Counted from the first letter of the stretch, positions 1 to 9,055 are shown. The stretch is DNA of 37,083 bases from an uncultured Nitrosopumilaceae archaeon (GCA_964460675.1 CAYWRD010000002.1:1472-38554), one strand, 5' to 3'. Numbers and translations: made by a program. Notes: generated by a model from the letters alone, not told the origin.

Positions 1-1827
1 TCCTGGTCTTAGTAATGCCTCATCTACAATATCTAATCTGTTTGTAGCTCCTATGATTAAGACATCATTTAGTTCCTCTAATCCATCAATCTCAGTTAAG
101 ATTTGAGATACAACATTTTCAGTTACATGTGAGTTAGAACCGCCACTTGAACGTCTAGGAACTAATGCATCAATTTCATCGAAGAATATTATACATGGAG
201 CTGCTGCTCTTGCCTTTCTGAATATTTCTCGAACTCCTTTTTCTGATTCTCCTACCCATTTTGATAATAGTTCAGGTCCCTTTACACTGATAAAGTTAGA
301 ATCAGTCATTTTAGCTAAGGCTTTTGCAATTAGTGTCTTTCCTGTTCCTGGAGGACCGTGTAAGAGAATTCCCTTTGGTGTTTGGACATTGACGTAATCA
401 AAGGCTTCCTTATGTTTTATTGGCCACTCTACTGCCTCACGAAGTTCTTCTTTTAGATCTTCTAGACCTCCGACATCATCCCAACTTACATTTGGAACTT
501 GGACATGAACTTCTCTTAGAGCGCTAGGTCTTACTTCTTTTAGTGCTTCTTTAAAGTCCTCATTGGTAATTGTAATTTTTTGTAATACTTCAGCTGATAC
601 TTTGTCTTCATCAAGATCTATTTCTGGAAGAATGCGTCTTAATGATCTCATTGCTGCTTCTTTTGCTAATACTTCAAGGTCTGCACCAACAAAACCATGT
701 GTGATTTGAGCTAGTTTTTTCAAGTCAACGTCTTCATTGACTGGCATTCCTCTTGTGTGAATAGATAGAATTTCTTCTCGTCCATCAACACCCGGTATAC
801 CTATCTCGATTTCTCTGTCAAATCGTCCTGGTCTTCTAAGGGCAGGATCAATTGAATCGGGTCTGTTAGTAGCTGCAATCACTACGACTTTACCTCGGCT
901 CTTCATTCCATCCATTAATGATAGAAGTTGCGAAACTATTCTCTTTTCTACTTCACCTGAAACTTCGTCTCGTTTTGGGGCAATCGAATCTATCTCATCA
1001 ATAAAAACAATACTTGGAGAGTTTTCCTCGGCTTGTTTGAATATGTCTCTAATCCTTTCTTCGCTTTCACCATAAAATTTCCCCATTATCTCAGGTCCAC
1101 TAAGAGAGATAAAGTGGGCATTAGTCTCTCCAGCAACAGCCTTTGCCAATAGAGTTTTTCCTGTTCCTGGAGGACCATACAACAATACTCCTTTTGGTGC
1201 TTCTACCCCAATTTTTTCAAATAATTCAGGGTGTCGCATTGGAAGTTCAACCATTTCACGAATTTTTTGAACTTCATTTTTGAGACCGCCTAATTCATCA
1301 TAAGTTACTCTTGGAATACTAGTATCTACTGCCTTTGTCATTGAACCCATTTTGAATTCTGTTTGTTCAGTTACAATGACTGGTTTTGCAGGCTTTGTAC
1401 TTGTTACAATAAATTGAACCTTGCTTCCAAGCTGAGTCGTAAGTGCAATGGTATCACCAGTTGTAAATACATGGTTTAGATAATTTAGTGTCATGTATTC
1501 TTGTAATCCTTCTGCTGCAATTTTTTCAGTAGGAGATAAAACAATTTGTTCAGCTGGGCTTGCTTCTACTGCCTTGATTGTAATTTTATCACCAATTCCT
1601 GCTCCAATATTATGTCTTGTTATACCATCAATTTTGATAATTCCAGAACCATATTCTTCTGGGGAACCAGGCCATAATTTTACGTGAGATTTTTTATTAT
1701 AAGTTAATTCCAAAATTTGTCCTGTAGACCAATTATTATCATCTGCAATTTTAGGATCAATTATTGCTCTTCCTCTTCCAACATGTTGTTGTGGAATCTC
1801 TTGAATTTTTAATTCTATTTTTACCAT
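1..1827 (-). CDS. cdc48: CDC48/VCP-like double-ring AAA+ ATPase. Only the first 609 codons are present; the C-terminus runs off the left window edge.
   Basis: Absent from the ORF track because it is open at the window edge. My translation from the ATG at 1827 gives [26 protein letters not shown]... (CDC48 N-domain). It has two Walker A boxes GPPGTGKT (D1, D2) and Walker [10 protein letters not shown] / IIFFDEIDA. It ends in frame at base 1 with ...[21 protein letters not shown]. Confidence 0.9.
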   Translation of the reverse strand, partial: MVKIELKIQEIPQQHVGRGRAIIDPKIADDNNWSTGQILELTYNKKSHVKLWPGSPEEYGSGIIKIDGITRHNIGAGIGDKITIKAVEASPAEQIVLSPTEKIAAEGLQEYMTLNYLNHVFTTGDTIALTTQLGSKVQFIVTSTKPAKPVIVTEQTEFKMGSMTKAVDTSIPRVTYDELGGLKNEVQKIREMVELPMRHPELFEKIGVEAPKGVLLYGPPGTGKTLLAKAVAGETNAHFISLSGPEIMGKFYGESEERIRDIFKQAEENSPSIVFIDEIDSIAPKRDEVSGEVEKRIVSQLLSLMDGMKSRGKVVVIAATNRPDSIDPALRRPGRFDREIEIGIPGVDGREEILSIHTRGMPVNEDVDLKKLAQITHGFVGADLEVLAKEAAMRSLRRILPEIDLDEDKVSAEVLQKITITNEDFKEALKEVRPSALREVHVQVPNVSWDDVGGLEDLKEELREAVEWPIKHKEAFDYVNVQTPKGILLHGPPGTGKTLIAKALAKMTDSNFISVKGPELLSKWVGESEKGVREIFRKARAAAPCIIFFDEIDALVPRRSSGGSNSHVTENVVSQILTEIDGLEELNDVLIIGATNRLDIVDEALLRPG

Positions 1828-1860
1828 TTCAAATCACCTCAAAGAAAAATTAGAAGAGGA

Positions 1861-2367
1861 TTATTGCACCTCCACCTCTTTGCCTTTTGGTTTTTGTTCT
1901 TCTACCAAGGCAAAGACTATTTCAAGAATACCGTTTTTGTATGAAGCCTTTACTGAGTCCTTGTCTACTTTGTACTCGATCGGAACGTTGGCATGATATT
2001 TCTTATCGCCATGTTCAGCTTTGATGGCTACTGTGTTATCATCTTGTACAACAATCTTGACATCAGACTTGTCAACTCCTGGCATTTCTGCTACAAGTTT
2101 TACTTGTTTTTCTTTTTCATTTACAATAGTATCAACAAGTGGTTCTCTTGTATCAGAATTTGGCAAGAGTCCTGGCTTTACGTTACCGTATTCTTTTACT
2201 ACGGGTTTTCCATCAGGACCAACGGTCATTGTGTAACCGTAATAATGTGGCCCAGAAACGGAACCGTTCTTTTTGAAATCTTCAAAAATGTCATCTACAT
2301 CAAAAAAGGATCTTGACATTCTTTTGAAGATTCTTTCAAACTCGTCATCGAACATTGTCATATTCAC
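1861..2367 (-). CDS. hsp20: Small heat shock protein, Hsp20/alpha-crystallin family
   Basis: 168 aa with an alpha-crystallin domain: VKLVAEMPGVDKSDVKIVV...ASYKNGILEIVFA. The track start is a GTG at 2367; an ATG two codons later (2361) is an alternative. Confidence 0.9.
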   Translation of the reverse strand: MNMTMFDDEFERIFKRMSRSFFDVDDIFEDFKKNGSVSGPHYYGYTMTVGPDGKPVVKEYGNVKPGLLPNSDTREPLVDTIVNEKEKQVKLVAEMPGVDKSDVKIVVQDDNTVAIKAEHGDKKYHANVPIEYKVDKDSVKASYKNGILEIVFALVEEQKPKGKEVEVQ

Positions 2368-2375
2368 CTATGTTA

Positions 2376-2454
2376 TGTAATACACATTACATTATATAAG
2401 TATTATTGACATAACTGCATCTTATTACATAATCCTATTATAACTGACATTATA
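2376..2454. promoter_or_regulatory. Divergent promoter region of hsp20 and the 2464 gene, with two copies of ACATTATATAA (TATA-like) and a perfect palindrome abutting the hsp20-side TATA
   Basis: ACATTATATAA occurs at 2389-2399 and 2444-2454. Each lies about 25-30 nt from the nearest start codon (2367/2361 on the minus strand, 2482 on the plus strand). The palindrome TGTAAT-acac-ATTACA is at 2376-2391. Confidence 0.4.
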
Positions 2455-2463
2455 TAATATTAT

Positions 2464-3132
2464 TTGATGCGAGTATCAGGCATGTCCGTACCTGAAACAG
2501 TCAGAGAGATCATTACCAGAAACAGGTCAATTTATGATTGTATGAAGATGGATTTGATAAATTATACTGCCTTGGCAGTCAAAATTCAACCTGAGGTTGA
2601 AAAAGAGATTGGTAGGCCTGTAAATCTTAACACAATAGTAGTTGCAATAAAGAGATACGCAGACTCTTTCATAGAAAAAGAAGACATCAAAGATGAATCA
2701 GTTTTGAAAAATGCCAGGTTGTCATTGCAGGATGGAATTATGGATATTAAATTTTCAACAAAGGATTCTAAAATGAATCCAATGGATATTTTAGATAAGT
2801 TTTCAAAGATTACAAATGATTATGAGTTTTTTAGATTAGCAGATTCCTTTAGATTTCTTACCGAAGATATTGAAGACATTAGACAGATTTTTGGAGAAAT
2901 GGGTGACCAAGAAGATTTGTTTAGTACAGGTTTAGCAAAGATTCGAATTTCTGTTCCAGTTAATCAAAATCGTTCTGATATTGTATCTTATGTGGCAGAG
3001 ATCCTGCACAATAATGGAATTGTAATTGTTAATGCCTTTTTCAGCCAAGATGGCATAACTATAATCCTTAATGAGAAAGATGCATCAAAGGCATACGAGA
3101 TTCTACGGTCAGAAATCGCAAGACCACTCTAA
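2464..3132 (+). CDS. Hypothetical protein with a C-terminal ACT-like domain. The true start is probably the ATG at 2482 (MSVPETV...).
   Basis: The C-terminal GLAKIRISVP...DIVSYVAEILHNNGIVIVNAFFSQDGITIILNEKDASKAYEIL resembles an ACT fold. The track start is TTG. The TATA at 2447-2454 fits a leaderless start at 2482. Confidence 0.5.
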   Translation: MMRVSGMSVPETVREIITRNRSIYDCMKMDLINYTALAVKIQPEVEKEIGRPVNLNTIVVAIKRYADSFIEKEDIKDESVLKNARLSLQDGIMDIKFSTKDSKMNPMDILDKFSKITNDYEFFRLADSFRFLTEDIEDIRQIFGEMGDQEDLFSTGLAKIRISVPVNQNRSDIVSYVAEILHNNGIVIVNAFFSQDGITIILNEKDASKAYEILRSEIARPL

Positions 3133-3175
3133 AACAAGCTCATAGGATATATTCAGTGGTTTTCTGGGTATTTTA

Positions 3176-4522
3176 TTGGCTCGAAATAAACGAAAAATCG
3201 TTATTTTAGGAGGAGGATTTGCTGGAGTAGAATGTACAAAACAACTTGAGGATTATTTCAAAGATGATCCTTATATCGAGATAGTTTTAGTTAGTGAAGA
3301 TAATTTTTTGTTGTTTACTCCAATGTTACCTCAGGTAGCATCAGGTATGATTCAGACAAGGCATGTTGTTATGCCAATTAGAACGATTATCAAAAAAGCA
3401 GGGTTTTATGAGGGTAGAGTAAAAAATATTGATCCTTATGGTAAGATAGTAAATTTATGGGGCAGTGGCGAAAAGAGAGGAATTTCATTACATTATGATT
3501 TTTTGGTAGTAGCTTTAGGTAGTGAAACTAACTTTTTTGGAATGAATGATCTTGAAAAAAATTCCTATCAAATGAAGACATTAAACGATGCCGTTATGGT
3601 TCGAAACCGAATTATAGATATGTTAGAGCAAGCTGAAAACGAAAAAAATCCAATCTTGAAAAAAAGTTTACTGACATTTGTTGTAGTAGGAGGAGGGTTT
3701 GCTGGAATTGAGACAGCTGGAGAAATTATGGATTTGTTATTGGATGTAAGGAAATACTATCCTAATATCACACGTGAGGACATTAAGGTGGTAGTTTTAG
3801 AAGCATTACCTAGTATTCTTCCTGGATTCACTGAAAGTCTTGCCAAATTTGCACAAAAGAAGCTAACTGAAAACGGAGTAGAAATCAAACTACGTACAGC
3901 AGTTACTAGTTTTGATGGCGATGAAGTAATGGTAAAGGATCTAGAAGAAAAGGATGAGAAAGAAGCAATTTCTGCTATTCAAACAAAAACCGTTATTTGG
4001 ACAGCTGGAGTTACACCAGTCAATACCATTAAAAGATCATTGTTTAAAACTGAAAAAGGAAAAATTATTGTTAATGAAAATTTAGAAGTTGTAGATTTTC
4101 CGGGTGTGTTTGCAATAGGAGATTGCGCATTGTTTGTTGAGCCAAAAACAAAAAAACCATATGCACCGACTGCCCAACTTGCAGAAGCTATGGCAAAAAC
4201 AGCATCATATAATCTACATGCTTTAATCAAAAGCGAGTCCAAAAGAAAGTTCGAGTATGAATCAAAAGGTCAGATGGCAATCATAGGTAAAAGAACAGGA
4301 ATTGCCTCATTTTTAGGAATGAATGTTCATGGGTTGATTGCATGGATTCTGTGGAGAAATGTATACTTGTCTAAGATCCCAACTTGGGATAAAAGATTCC
4401 GGGTGTTCTTGGATTGGATTGTAGACCTATTCTTTGATAGAGATATTGCGAGATTGAAGTTTATGATAAGGGAGCCAGAAAAGGAATACAAAGAACTCGA
4501 CGAAGTAGACGATGTTTGGTAG
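3176..4522 (+). CDS. ndh: Type II NADH dehydrogenase (NDH-2) / FAD-dependent pyridine nucleotide-disulfide oxidoreductase
   Basis: Two Rossmann dinucleotide motifs: IVILGGGFAGVE and VVVGGGFAGIETAGE. It also has the AIGDCA FAD motif and a C-terminal amphipathic tail. The start codon is TTG. Confidence 0.85.
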   Translation: MARNKRKIVILGGGFAGVECTKQLEDYFKDDPYIEIVLVSEDNFLLFTPMLPQVASGMIQTRHVVMPIRTIIKKAGFYEGRVKNIDPYGKIVNLWGSGEKRGISLHYDFLVVALGSETNFFGMNDLEKNSYQMKTLNDAVMVRNRIIDMLEQAENEKNPILKKSLLTFVVVGGGFAGIETAGEIMDLLLDVRKYYPNITREDIKVVVLEALPSILPGFTESLAKFAQKKLTENGVEIKLRTAVTSFDGDEVMVKDLEEKDEKEAISAIQTKTVIWTAGVTPVNTIKRSLFKTEKGKIIVNENLEVVDFPGVFAIGDCALFVEPKTKKPYAPTAQLAEAMAKTASYNLHALIKSESKRKFEYESKGQMAIIGKRTGIASFLGMNVHGLIAWILWRNVYLSKIPTWDKRFRVFLDWIVDLFFDRDIARLKFMIREPEKEYKELDEVDDVW

Positions 4523-4525
4523 AAT

Positions 4526-4639
4526 CTAATTTTTCTCTACGGTATCAAAAATATTAAGTGGTAAAACGGTATCACATGAAGGACAGTTTGGAATTAATTC
4601 ATTTGTAATTATTGTTTCGCATTTATCACAAATCCTCAT
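4526..4639 (-). CDS. 37-aa zinc-ribbon mini-protein (below the ORF-track size cut-off)
   Basis: My translation is MRICDKCETIITNELIPNCPSCDTVLPLNIFDTVEKN, with CxxC...CxxC. On the minus strand a TATA-like CCTTATATTTAC is centred about 26 nt upstream of the ATG. Confidence 0.45.
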   Translation of the reverse strand: MRICDKCETIITNELIPNCPSCDTVLPLNIFDTVEKN

Positions 4640-4706
4640 TTTTTTGATGTAGTAAGTTTGTAAATATAAGGCAAATCCGAATATTTCAGAAATGGGAATT
4701 TAGATT

Positions 4707-6251
4707 TTATTTTCTAAATTTGTGAACAATTACTACAGGTACTGCAAGATACATTCCTACATTCAGCATAATAATTCCAATTCCATATCCTAGTAGTTCT
4801 GTTTCAGAATTAATTTCGACATAATTTAGAATAGATAGAGAAGATATCAAAGGTGTGATTGTTAATTTAACAACTTCTTTGAATAATGGATTCTGTCTTT
4901 CAAGATCAGCTATACTAGGACTAAATGAATAATACAAAGTATTGAATCCTTTGATGAATTTTGTTCCAGATTCAGTTTGTAAAATGGTACTATCTCTAAG
5001 TTCTCTTAACTGTTGTACTTGTGGTGCAAGTTCGGAACCATAAGTAGCTGTGGCAATGAGGCAACCACCTCCTTCAGAGACATCATCTAATGGATTATCA
5101 TCTATTATTTCTTGGACTCCTTTTTCCTCAGAAGTTAGTTCGAATGAATCGATAGTTTTCTCAAAAGTTGGTAGGTAATTATCAAAGAAGTTTTTGTCAT
5201 TGCTGTAAGAGAAAATATAGAATTTATCTGATGTTAGAATTGTTGTTTGTCTGAACTGAACGTCAATGTCTAGTCCTTCTGTATTTTGAAAGAAACCTTG
5301 TGCATTTGTCTCAAAAGCATCTTTCCCATTGATAGATTTTTTTTCTTGTGATAAAATTACAAGGCTTCCAGTATCTATTGATGGTTGTAATAATTCCTCT
5401 TGTTGTTTAATGTAATCATCAACAGACTTACCTTCATGTTCTTCAACTGTTAATGAAATGATTGGTGGAATCGTGCCTCCCTTTGGTCCTACCGCAACTA
5501 TATCGGGGGTGCCTTCTTGTTCTTTTGGCGGTTCTTGTAAAAGCCAACCAGCAGGTGCTGAAAACTTGACTCCCAAATCTTCGTTTTCATAAAGTTGATC
5601 TTCTTGAGGTTGAACTTGAGATGATTTTGTTCTTTCTGGCTCACTTAATTCAAGTATGTCTGGAATTTCAGAACGAGAAAGTATCTGAGCTGAGGTAATT
5701 CTAACTTCCTCAGGGTTAGTTGGTCTATCATTTGATGTTGTAGAAACAGATGCAATTCTGTCCAATGTCTCAAAACTCTCTTGTGTAATTATTCGACCAA
5801 ATACAGTATATTGTTCATCCAAAAAGGTCGAGTCCTGATGAACTATGAAAAACTGAGAACCTGCGCTATTTGGATCAGCAGATCTTGCCATAGAAACAAT
5901 TCCCTTTTTGTGTTTTATTGTATTAAATTCAGCATTTAGTAATGTTTCAGGCCCCCCAGTACCCCACTCAGATTGATCAGCTCCTGAATCAGGTTTAGTT
6001 TTGGGATCACCTCCCTGAATCATGAAACCAGGTATGATTCTATGGAAAATTGTATTATCATAAAAACCAGTTTCTGTTAATTTAATAAAATTCTCAACAT
6101 GGTTGGGTGCATCGTCTGGGAAAAATTCTATTACAATCTTACCTTGGGGTGTGTTCAATACTACTATTTTATCATCAGATTGAGCATAGGAGTTAACAAT
6201 AGTACTGCCTAAAAGAATTGAAATTGTCAAGATTGTAAGAATCTTATGCAA
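4707..6251 (-). CDS. Secreted, membrane-anchored cyclophilin-type peptidyl-prolyl isomerase with large C-terminal extensions
   Basis: It has a signal peptide (MHKILTILTISILLGSTIVNSYAQS). The cyclophilin core contains FHRIIPGFMIQGGDP, GIVSMARS and SQFFIV. A roughly 190-aa PsbP/Mog1-like middle region follows, then GGGCLIATATYGSELAPQVQQLRELRD and a terminal TM helix. Confidence 0.85.
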   Translation of the reverse strand: MHKILTILTISILLGSTIVNSYAQSDDKIVVLNTPQGKIVIEFFPDDAPNHVENFIKLTETGFYDNTIFHRIIPGFMIQGGDPKTKPDSGADQSEWGTGGPETLLNAEFNTIKHKKGIVSMARSADPNSAGSQFFIVHQDSTFLDEQYTVFGRIITQESFETLDRIASVSTTSNDRPTNPEEVRITSAQILSRSEIPDILELSEPERTKSSQVQPQEDQLYENEDLGVKFSAPAGWLLQEPPKEQEGTPDIVAVGPKGGTIPPIISLTVEEHEGKSVDDYIKQQEELLQPSIDTGSLVILSQEKKSINGKDAFETNAQGFFQNTEGLDIDVQFRQTTILTSDKFYIFSYSNDKNFFDNYLPTFEKTIDSFELTSEEKGVQEIIDDNPLDDVSEGGGCLIATATYGSELAPQVQQLRELRDSTILQTESGTKFIKGFNTLYYSFSPSIADLERQNPLFKEVVKLTITPLISSLSILNYVEINSETELLGYGIGIIMLNVGMYLAVPVVIVHKFRK

Positions 6252-6324
6252 TGGAAGATCATGTTTTAGCCTCCAATAAAAGCCAATTGTATAATTTTTA
6301 ACAAAGTCTTCTAGTGTAATCGAT

Positions 6325-6816
6325 ATGGATCCTGATGAGAAAATTCAAGCACATATAGTCTCAGTATGGAGAGAACCAAGAAAATTCTTCTCAATTGGAG
6401 GAAAAGAAGTCATGCTGATTTTGACAGATAGGCATCTTGTGTTCATTCAAAAAACAGAAGCCAAGGCAAAATGGTGGCAAGCCATTAGGCAAAGACAAGT
6501 GGTTAATTTTCTAAGATCTAAGAACCTGATGGTAGTTCATGATGGATATGATGAGGAGTTGTTACAAAAAGATCTTGAGAATCCTAAAAATTTGGAATTA
6601 AATTTTGAAGAAATTTTGGATATTAGTTTTGAAGAAAAAGAATGGGGAAGTGTATTGTTTTTAGAATATGAAAAAGATGGCAAGCGTCAAAAATTTCAAT
6701 ATTCTATTGCACAGGATTGGGTAAAGTATCCAGTAAAGGAACCTACAAAATACATGAAAGCTGATTGGGAGCCTTTTGTGAAATTTATTAAGGAAAGACA
6801 GATGGTAACGAAGTAA
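6325..6816 (+). CDS. Hypothetical protein, possibly with a PH/GRAM-like fold
   Basis: 163-aa ORF lying 2 nt upstream of the next gene. GGKEVMLILTDRHLVFIQKTE resembles bacterial PH-like domains. The function call is weak. Confidence 0.5.
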   Translation: MDPDEKIQAHIVSVWREPRKFFSIGGKEVMLILTDRHLVFIQKTEAKAKWWQAIRQRQVVNFLRSKNLMVVHDGYDEELLQKDLENPKNLELNFEEILDISFEEKEWGSVLFLEYEKDGKRQKFQYSIAQDWVKYPVKEPTKYMKADWEPFVKFIKERQMVTK

Positions 6817-6818
6817 AA

Positions 6819-7535
6819 TTGGGAAAAGTATATGCTGTAGGTGTAGGGCCAGGTTCACCAAAATTTGTGACAAATATTGTAGAGGAAGTTATCAAGGATT
6901 GTCAAATTGTAGTTGGTTACAAATACACACTCAAAACTATAGAGAGTCTTCTAAATGACAAAAAAGTTTTTGAGATTACTATGAAAGATCAGGAAGAAGT
7001 ATATCAAAAAATTAAAGATGAGTTAGGGGGTAAAAATTTAGTTGTTCCCTTTACTGGTGATGTAAATTTTTCAGAGTCAGAGGTAGTAGATAGATTAATT
7101 GAGATTTTTGGAGATGTTGAGATAATTCCAGGGATTAGCTCAATTCAAGTAGCTGCATCGAAAGCAAAAGTTCCTCTTGACAAATCTAAAGTAATCACAA
7201 TGCATGTTACCTCTTCTATTGAAGAAAAAAAACTGGAGCTTCAAAAAGCCCTAATTGATGGATATAGTGTTGTGGTGGTTCCACGCCCATGGCCCAAGCA
7301 ACCAGACAAGCATTTTATGCCATCTGAAATTGCAGTTTATCTAAAAAACCATGGATTCAACACCGAAAAAATTAAGGTATATGTATTTGAGGCATTAACC
7401 ACAGAAAAAGAATCTAAATTTGTTGGTACTGTAAATGATTTAGAGGGTAAAGAATTCTCAGACCTTTCAGTAATGGTCTTTGATCAATATAATTTGGATT
7501 CATATATGAACTATAAATGGCAATGGAAAAGCTAA
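6819..7535 (+). CDS. Tetrapyrrole (corrin/porphyrin) methylase family protein, possibly CbiE/CbiL-like
   Basis: The N-terminal VYAVGVGPGSPKFVT and the IPGISSIQVAASK motifs match the family. The start codon is TTG. No other cobalamin genes are in the window. Confidence 0.65.
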   Translation: MGKVYAVGVGPGSPKFVTNIVEEVIKDCQIVVGYKYTLKTIESLLNDKKVFEITMKDQEEVYQKIKDELGGKNLVVPFTGDVNFSESEVVDRLIEIFGDVEIIPGISSIQVAASKAKVPLDKSKVITMHVTSSIEEKKLELQKALIDGYSVVVVPRPWPKQPDKHFMPSEIAVYLKNHGFNTEKIKVYVFEALTTEKESKFVGTVNDLEGKEFSDLSVMVFDQYNLDSYMNYKWQWKS

Positions 7536-8557
7536 TTTTTTTGGTTTTTTGTTGTTCCCAAAACTAGATTATCCAAGTTTGCAAACACATACCCATCAAT
7601 CCTCATCCAAGGATAGTCTGGATCAATTATTCTATAAAATCCCCGTTCATTGAAAGTAACAGAAGCCGATTCTCCAGGAGGAATCATTCCAGTATTAATC
7701 CTACCATCAAAAGTAAAATCACATCCTCTTGCATCAGATCCTGCAGGAATTATGTTGAAACCTTTGGGAATTTTTGGTAAGTTATCCTCACTGCAAATCT
7801 TTACAGCTCCGCTAATCACACTACTATGTGTACCAAGCCCCTGACCACTTACAAGTCTGTGAGATACTAAATCATTATTGATGATTTTGATTGTTGTTCC
7901 AGGTTCTACAGTTATTCTATCAAGAGAAAAGTAGCTTGCACGTAATGCACCATCACTACCTCTTGTTACTGTAGCCTCTTGTCTTGTACCGCTTGATTCA
8001 ATATAGCTGCTGGCTATACCTTGAGAAGAGGAACCCTTCAAAATACGAAGTGTGAGTTGTTTTTCCTCTGATTCTGTTTCAATGGTAGGAGTCTCTGTTA
8101 GTTTTGAAAGTTTAGAGGTGTAAATTATCTTAAATGACTCGTCTACTGTATTGAGTCTTCCAGTGAAGCTATAGATTGAGGCATTCAAACTTTCCTCAAT
8201 TAATCGTCCAAAAAATCTAACAGTTACAGTCTCACCACTGTTATCCTCAACTGATCCATTTATTCTGATAAAATGACCTTCTCTCAGAAATGAACCTTTC
8301 AGATCTTTTACAAGAAACTCATCATCTGCAAGAGAAATAAATCCGTCTTCAATACTGAAATTAGTAGTAGCTCTTAACTGAGACGAAGTAATTATAGAAA
8401 AATCAATATCAGATACTCGGATTATTTCCTCGGTTACACCATACCCAGATCCTTCTAAAACAAAAGCACTGTTTGGAGATATTTGAGCTGATGCATTAGA
8501 TATGGAAAAGCCTAAGAATATTACAAAAAATGCTAAAATGCCTACTATGGTCTTCAC
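7532..8557 (-). CDS. Secreted protein with a C-terminal amicyanin/plastocyanin-like (cupredoxin) domain that lacks the Cys and second His copper ligands
   Basis: It has a signal peptide ending ASAQ and a GTG start. The C-terminal ITVEPGTTIKIINNDLVSHRLVSG ... GMIPPGESASVTFNERGFYRIIDPDYPWMRIDGYV aligns with the CTPHPFMRGKV region of cupredoxins. Confidence 0.7.
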   Translation of the reverse strand: MKTIVGILAFFVIFLGFSISNASAQISPNSAFVLEGSGYGVTEEIIRVSDIDFSIITSSQLRATTNFSIEDGFISLADDEFLVKDLKGSFLREGHFIRINGSVEDNSGETVTVRFFGRLIEESLNASIYSFTGRLNTVDESFKIIYTSKLSKLTETPTIETESEEKQLTLRILKGSSSQGIASSYIESSGTRQEATVTRGSDGALRASYFSLDRITVEPGTTIKIINNDLVSHRLVSGQGLGTHSSVISGAVKICSEDNLPKIPKGFNIIPAGSDARGCDFTFDGRINTGMIPPGESASVTFNERGFYRIIDPDYPWMRIDGYVFANLDNLVLGTTKNQKN

Positions 8558-8686
8558 GTATAATTTCTGGTTTAATTGGGTTTATAATTTGCTACTAAAT
8601 TATTTTAGATATAGGATATAGTATATCTAAACACATTACAATCTAGCCTCAATTATCAGTGGGTTTGTTGAAAATATGGAGTGTTC

Positions 8687-8929
8687 TTAAAACCTCCTTT
8701 TTGAAGCAATTCTTCTAACTCTAGTGGTTTGAATCCTTTTTGAAATGTTCCTTTTTGGGTAACCCATCCATCTTTGTGTTTTTTCCAATTATTCTTTTTT
8801 GCATGAGTTAAAATGTCATTATTTGTTCTAACCGTAAAAAACGCATTTTCCTCCAACGTGTTCTAACGCAAGGCGGATTCCGCCAATTTCTGCAAACAAG
8901 TCACAAAAAGTAAATTCTTTTTTGGTCAA
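8687..8929 (-). pseudogene. Relic of a DNA cytosine-5 methyltransferase (dcm-like). Only motif I and a C-terminal motif survive, with in-frame stops between them.
   Basis: Translating the minus strand from the TTG at 8929 gives (M)TKKEFTFCDLFAEIGGIRLALEHVGGKCVFYG*, which is m5C-MTase motif I (DLFAGIGG type). In the same frame, after three stops, comes EKTQRWMGYPK (8773-8756), resembling the TPRExxRLMGFP motif. About 80 codons remain of an expected 300 or more. The track ORF 8656..8856 is an out-of-frame reading of this relic. Confidence 0.65.
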
Positions 8930-9055
8930 CTATCCTAACCTCTGCATAAACTGTCTATTAGATCTTTATGAGACTCATTCATTGTGAAGACTACCATGAA
9001 ATTTGAGAAAACTTGTATCGAACAAACTTTCTCTACAAACTAGGTAAATAGCAGA

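Noticed and set aside
1493-2316. Short plus-strand ORFs 1493..1687, 1993..2316 and 2021..2236. Similar antisense ORFs occur at 3979..4242, 10143..10610, 15420..15806, 15882..16274, 21503..22096, 26728..27021 and 29692..30045.
   Set aside because: All lie antisense to, or out of frame within, strongly supported conserved genes. Their translations are low-complexity.
8607-8640. Inverted repeat AGATATA-n8-TATATCT (8607-8628) at the left edge of the vsr/dcm islet, and the 10-mer ACACATTACA (8631-8640) shared with the hsp20 promoter (2382-2391)
   Set aside because: The stem is 7 bp and entirely AT-rich, and no T-tract follows it, so it is neither a convincing terminator nor a mobile-element end. 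No matching repeat lies at the right edge of the islet. A single shared AT-rich 10-mer in 37 kb could be chance. It might still be a regulator site for the 7532..8557 promoter.
8656-8856. 66-aa track ORF (MEENAFFTVRTNND...) as a real gene
   Set aside because: It begins at a TTG. It lies in a different frame from the methyltransferase motif I and RWMGYP remnants that span the same DNA. It is better explained as an accidental open frame within the dcm relic.
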